Assembly (NCBI RefSeq): GCF_964030745.1
Contig: NZ_OZ034918.1
Span: 1,020,001 to 1,052,000, forward strand
DNA from: Candidatus Saccharimonadota bacterium
GTDB taxonomy: Bacteria > Bacteroidota > Bacteroidia > Cytophagales > Amoebophilaceae
DNA: 32,000 bases
Direction: 5' to 3'
Part shown: one piece after another, positions 28,270 to 32,000 of the stretch
Position numbering within the stretch: the first letter of the stretch is position 1
Layout of the letters: every line of letters starts with the position of its first letter
The notes under the pieces: generated by a model
Databases searched by the model: none
What the model saw: only the letters and a program-made list of their open reading frames with translations
What the model was told of the DNA's origin: nothing
Translations under genes and position numbers: made by a program

Positions 28270-29612
28270 GGCTCTGTCCAGTTAAGTGTGTAACTATATT
28301 TTAGGGTTGTTAGATTCTATTTTCAAATTTAATTAAAAAATGAGCCATAGCCTCACTCCAATTATGGATAGGCGTGGTCCATTTTCTGGTCATATAGTTA
28401 ATAGTTAAATATAATGTTTTAAACACAGCTATATCGTTAGGGAACACTCTTTTATTTTTGGTAACTCTACGAAATTGGCTATTTACAGATTCCACGGCAT
28501 TGGTTGTGTAAATGACTCTACGTATGGCGTTAGGATATTGTAAAAATATCATCAGATTATCCCAGTTAGCATACCAAGACTTGGCTATTTGTGGGTATTG
28601 TTTATCCCATTTAGTAGCAAAAGTTTCTAATGCCATCAGGGCTTCTTCTTGAGTAACTGCTGTATAAATTGGCTTTAAATCAGCAACTAATTCCTTTCTA
28701 TGTTTATAGGACACATACTGCAGACTATTCCTAATTTGGTGAATAATACAGAGTTGGTGATCTGTTTTAGGGTATACAGCAGCGATTGCCTCAGACATAC
28801 CTGGCAAGTTATCTGTACATGCAATGAGCATATCGTTCATACCCCGATTTTTGAGTTCTGTTAAATTACCTAACCAAAATTTAGCTCCTTCATTTTCACT
28901 CATCCACAGCCCTAAAACATCCTTTATGCCAGATCTATCTATACCTAAAGCAACATAGACTGCCTTGTTGATGATACGTTTATCTTGTCTAACTTTAACT
29001 ACAAAACAATCAAAAAAAACAATAGGATAGACTGATTCTAATGGGCGATTTTGCCATATCTTAACATCTTCAATAACAGAATCTGTGATGTTACTTATCA
29101 GGCTTTCACTAACTTCTGCACCATATAATTCCTGTATTTGAACCTGAATATCTGATAGGCTCATACCTTTAGCGTATAAAGATAAGATCTTATCATCTAA
29201 ACCAGGAATTCTTGTTTGGCGTTTAGGTAATAAAACAGGTTCAAAAGTAGAGGATCTATCTCTTGGAACTTCAACCGATATAACCCCATGATCAGTGATA
29301 ACTTGCTTGCTGGATAAGCCATTACGAGCATTTTCTGAATCACTACGAGCATGCTTGTTATAGCCTAAATGGCTATCCATTTCTGACTCTAAGGCTTTTT
29401 CTACAAGACGCTTACTTAATTGTTTGAGTAAACCGCCTTGGTCAAATAGGGTCGATAAGTCTACGCCTGAGTCTATCAGTACGTCTATAGCCTTGCTTAT
29501 GCCGTCTTTGGGTGTCTCTTTTCTTTTCATTTTTTTAGGGTTAAGGGTGACTCTCTAGAAAGAGAGAAATAGACAACCTAAAAATTACTTACACACTTTA
29601 AAAGACAGACTC
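28270..29612 (-). mobile_element. IS256-family insertion sequence (1343 bp), 8-bp TSD GTGATAAG
   Basis: About 30-bp imperfect IRs (GGCTCTGTCCAGTTAAGTGTGTAAC... at 28270; ...TTACACACTTTAAAAGACAGACTC ending 29612). Perfect 8-bp direct repeats lie at 28262-28269 and 29613-29620. Confidence 0.85.
28310..29530 (-). CDS. IS256-family (Mutator-type) transposase, apparently intact
   Basis: 406 aa. LEKALESEMDSHLGY, VFFDCFVVKVR, CTDNLPGMSEAIAAVYPKTDHQLCIIHQIRNSL and TTNAVESVNSQFRRVTK are typical of IS256 transposases. Confidence 0.9.
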   Translation of the reverse strand: MKRKETPKDGISKAIDVLIDSGVDLSTLFDQGGLLKQLSKRLVEKALESEMDSHLGYNKHARSDSENARNGLSSKQVITDHGVISVEVPRDRSSTFEPVLLPKRQTRIPGLDDKILSLYAKGMSLSDIQVQIQELYGAEVSESLISNITDSVIEDVKIWQNRPLESVYPIVFFDCFVVKVRQDKRIINKAVYVALGIDRSGIKDVLGLWMSENEGAKFWLGNLTELKNRGMNDMLIACTDNLPGMSEAIAAVYPKTDHQLCIIHQIRNSLQYVSYKHRKELVADLKPIYTAVTQEEALMALETFATKWDKQYPQIAKSWYANWDNLMIFLQYPNAIRRVIYTTNAVESVNSQFRRVTKNKRVFPNDIAVFKTLYLTINYMTRKWTTPIHNWSEAMAHFLIKFENRI

Positions 29613-30020
29613 GTGATAAGCTCTGTAAAGATCCGAAACAAAACGATACACACTCCCATTAGTGTCAATAACATAATGAGCAGATACCGTAGATTTTTCT
29701 TGTGTAAATATATCAACAGTACGCTCGAATTTTGCAACTGTATGATGTTGCACGAGATATATAGGATATGCTTCCCCATATAGTCTATCTTTCTCATCGG
29801 GACCAATTTTTTTGAATCTATAGTTAAAAGTGTTACACTTTCCTGTTTCTCGGTTGGTTGTCTCCCCACTTTCTCCATGTTTTAAGGGATATCTATCCAT
29901 ATCACGTAGGTAATCATTCTTTACTACATCTGCTAACATAGGTTGATACGATACGTGTCCACTGCAAGCTATTCCCATTATATAACTACATAGTAGAACT
30001 TTAAATTTATTCCTGTTCAT
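29613..30020 (-). pseudogene. N-acetylmuramoyl-L-alanine amidase gene, N-terminal part (lipoprotein signal + first half of amidase_2 domain)
   Basis: Lipobox MGIACS, then LVQHHTVAKFERTVDIF...VSAHYVIDTNGSVYRFVSDLYRAYH. The frame then runs into the IS256 end. Joining at the TSD restores ..RAYHAGIGS... Confidence 0.8.
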
Positions 30021-30206
30021 TTTGAATTAGTTTAGTTTTAATTAAAGCTAATTTTTTCTATTATGATTTTACGTTTTAAAACTTATTACTAACCTTGTAG
30101 TAGGTTACATTTAACCTGACATATCAGTTGTAACAATATCTCTATACAGCAATTTTTTTCCTAAATTCATACAACCTGTCGTATAAAATAATATAACTAT
30201 ATATTT

Positions 30207-30437
30207 TTAGGAATCCTTCCTTAAATACTTATATAACGTATCCCTGCTGACACCAAATTGTTGGGCCAATTTTGTTTTTTGTATTCCAGATTGAACTAAG
30301 GAATGAAGTTTTTCGATTTGTTCTTGATTCATACAAGGCTTGCGTCCTTTATAGGCATTTTTAGCTTTAGCTAGTGCAATCCCTTCTCTTTGCCTTTCCA
30401 GTATCAGCGAACGTTCGAATTCTGCAAAAGCCCCCAT
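30207..30437 (-). pseudogene. serine recombinase (resolvase/invertase) C-terminal fragment
   Basis: GAFAEFERSLILERQREGIALAKAKNAYKGRKP plus an HTH (KTKLAQQFGVSRDTLYKYL). The catalytic N-terminal domain is absent, and homology stops right at the Met, with a stop 9 codons upstream. Confidence 0.75.
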
Positions 30438-30442
30438 AATAG

Positions 30443-30629
30443 AAAGGAATAATAGAGTTTTCTAAAGCAAGGTACAAATTTGCTTATACTGGATTTAAAG
30501 AATTACTGGAAAACAGCATCCGCATAGCTGACCAACATGATGCTAATTATGGAACATGGAAAGAATATAGGCTTATTGCTGTAGACGGTTCTTCTATGCG
30601 ATTACCTGCATCTCAAGAAATCATAATGG
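30443..30629 (+). pseudogene. IS4-family-like transposase fragment
   Basis: An open frame without a start: FSKARYKFAYTGFKELLENSIRIADQHDANYGTWKEYRLIAVDGSSMRLPASQEI. This resembles the region around the first catalytic Asp of IS4-type DDE transposases. Confidence 0.55.
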
Positions 30630-30748
30630 CCAATATGTGGTTCAATAGCAGATCTTCTTTTTAGTGCTTTTTTAAGACCAGTCGTTATACCCCTTTTAGA
30701 ACCGCTTATAAATACATTACATTGATTATTAGGCATATAAAATGCCCT
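30630..30748 (-). mobile_element. ~120-bp fragment of the IS5-family element
   Basis: It is the reverse complement of about 26787-26905 of the IS5-family transposase gene (CCAATATGTGGTTCAATAGCAGATCTTCTTTTTAGTGCTTTTTT...CCGCTTATAAATA.ATTACATTGA), with a few substitutions. Confidence 0.75.
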
Positions 30749-30841
30749 GGCTTGTTACCGAGGGCTTGATTTTTTGCCCACTGTTTTATCAAGAAAAAAG
30801 TGGCATACAACTCACTATTAGCCAGTGATGTGGATAGATAC
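30749..30841. repeat. solo module-C fragment of the MITE family
   Basis: TTACCGAGGGCTTGATTTTTTGCCCACTGTTTTATCAAGAAAAAAGTGGCATACAA...GTGATGTGGATAGATAC aligns with 3653-3739 and with the reverse complement of 24145-24235. It ends in the family terminus. Confidence 0.7.
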
Positions 30842-30901
30842 GGCAGAAAAGTAAAATTTAGCCAAAGTAGTGAATAGATACACCATCTTATAACCTGCAA
30901 A

Positions 30902-31486
30902 TTATGGCAATTTCTTTTCTTCGAAAAATTTACTAGAAAAGAACTTACCTACTACATAACCAATGAATGCTGCAGATACTGTTAAAAACAGATCTTTTTC
31001 TAATTCTAGAAATAAAAAAAGCACCTCCCTTTTCTGGTAAACTACTAAAAATAGATCAAAGTAAAAAAGTAGATACAAACAGGTAAATAGTATCCAAGTT
31101 GTGGAAATTGCTTTTTCATTCTTTATCTTGCTAATCCAAATCCCAACTAGGATAATACCACCTAATGACAAGATCAATAATAAGAAAGAAAAGATGGGAT
31201 ATAAAAGAAGATTGGCTAAAACATTATAGCAAAGTGCCAAGCCACCTAATATGTTTTGAATGGCTCCTTCTGCATGGGTATCTTTTTTCAAGATCTCATC
31301 CAACGAATCAGAAGGCATATCCTTTTGATCAGAAGGTACATCTGTTTCATGGGTAATATAGGATGTTGTAACTTGCAAAGCTTGGACCATCATATCCTCT
31401 TTGTGCCAAGATGCAACTGCATGATTCAATTTAAAACTTGTTGCCATAAACACAACCGTACTCACTAAATAGGATAAGAGATGCAT
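30902..31486 (-). CDS. hypothetical membrane protein
   Basis: 194 aa with an N-terminal signal-like helix, an acidic linker, then 3-4 TM helices. No family recognised. Confidence 0.5.
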   Translation of the reverse strand: MHLLSYLVSTVVFMATSFKLNHAVASWHKEDMMVQALQVTTSYITHETDVPSDQKDMPSDSLDEILKKDTHAEGAIQNILGGLALCYNVLANLLLYPIFSFLLLILSLGGIILVGIWISKIKNEKAISTTWILFTCLYLLFYFDLFLVVYQKREVLFLFLELEKDLFLTVSAAFIGYVVGKFFSSKFFEEKKLP

Positions 31487-31619
31487 AAATTTTAAGCTTA
31501 ATTACTTTTTTATAAGTGGTTTTTAGATTAGATTACCGTCAAAGCGTGGTGATTGTCTGCTTGATCACGCTTCTTTGCTCAATATCTTAATTTTTGGAAA
31601 AAGATCATAGTTTAAATGT

Positions 31620-32000
31620 ATGAATATTCAAAAAAAACTTAATATTTTATTTGCCGGAAGAGGTACCTGCCATACTGAACGATTATTACCTGAATTGGTA
31701 GACAACAACCTGTTGATTAGTGACCGACAATTTAGTGATCACCTCCGATTCCTCTACTTATATACTGATTTGCTCGCTTATTATGATAATAATAATCAAC
31801 GAATAGACCAAAATGTCTGGCGAAAGTTTTTAGAGCAGGATGATACCGTTATACGCTCCCTTATTCTACATACCAATATCGATACTTTAAAAAAAAATAT
31901 CCATAAACATTTTTTAACACTACGCAGAAACCCTACAGGAATTGCAGATAACGAGGCTATGTATAACATCTTGGTGGTGGCACAAGATTTAATCATATTG
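31620..32000 (+). CDS. hypothetical protein, 3' end outside window
   Basis: Not in the supplied track because no stop lies inside the window. ATG at 31620, then 127 open codons: MNIQKKLNILFAGRGTCHTERLLPELVDNNLLISDRQFSDHLRFLYLYTDLLAYYDNNNQRIDQNVWRKFLEQDD... The antisense 66-aa ORF (31796-31996) is less likely. Confidence 0.5.
   Translation, partial: MNIQKKLNILFAGRGTCHTERLLPELVDNNLLISDRQFSDHLRFLYLYTDLLAYYDNNNQRIDQNVWRKFLEQDDTVIRSLILHTNIDTLKKNIHKHFLTLRRNPTGIADNEAMYNILVVAQDLIIL

Noticed and set aside
28270-29612. IS256-family element as the autonomous partner of the MITE family, since both make 8-bp duplications.
   Set aside because: Its terminal repeats (GGCTCTGTCCAGTTAAGTG...) share nothing with the MITE termini (GTATCTATTCACG). 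The IS5-, IS982- and IS481-like ends in the window do not match either.
29585-29878. 97-aa minus-strand ORF overlapping the amidase N-terminal fragment in another frame.
   Set aside because: The overlapping frame (29598-30020) carries the amidase_2 motifs and the lipoprotein signal. This ORF has no motifs and begins inside the IS256 end.

Overview
AT-rich bacterial chromosome segment. The housekeeping genes (gyrB, radA, birA, truB, tsaB, ftsQ) look Bacteroidota-like. The load of ankyrin-repeat genes, IS elements, MITEs and pseudogenes resembles an obligate intracellular Amoebophilaceae-type symbiont; this organism assignment is inference only. Positions 1-15.9 kb are mostly core genes, interrupted in convergent intergenic gaps by hairpin-rich non-coding elements, and include a metK that looks proteobacterial. 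Positions 15.9-18.7 kb and 24.1-30.9 kb are accessory and degraded: an ankyrin fragment, an IS481-like deletion derivative, an AAA-ATPase/PD-(D/E)XK gene, an IS982-family element inside an IS5-family element inside a MITE, an IS256-family element splitting a peptidoglycan amidase gene, and a patch of resolvase/IS4/IS5 fragments. Two things stand out. (1) An intact 1193-aa ORF (18804-22385, minus strand) fuses an SLC5/SSF permease, a second transmembrane block, a histidine-kinase-like core and a RelA/SpoT-type HD domain, with every catalytic residue I can align replaced. (2) A modular MITE family with shared GTATCYATTCACG termini and 8-bp target duplications carries a nested 141-bp MITE, shows compensatory changes that preserve its hairpins, and has one copy with a ~198-bp target duplication around an IS. 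All calls come from reading the sequence and ORF track by eye. No searches were run.
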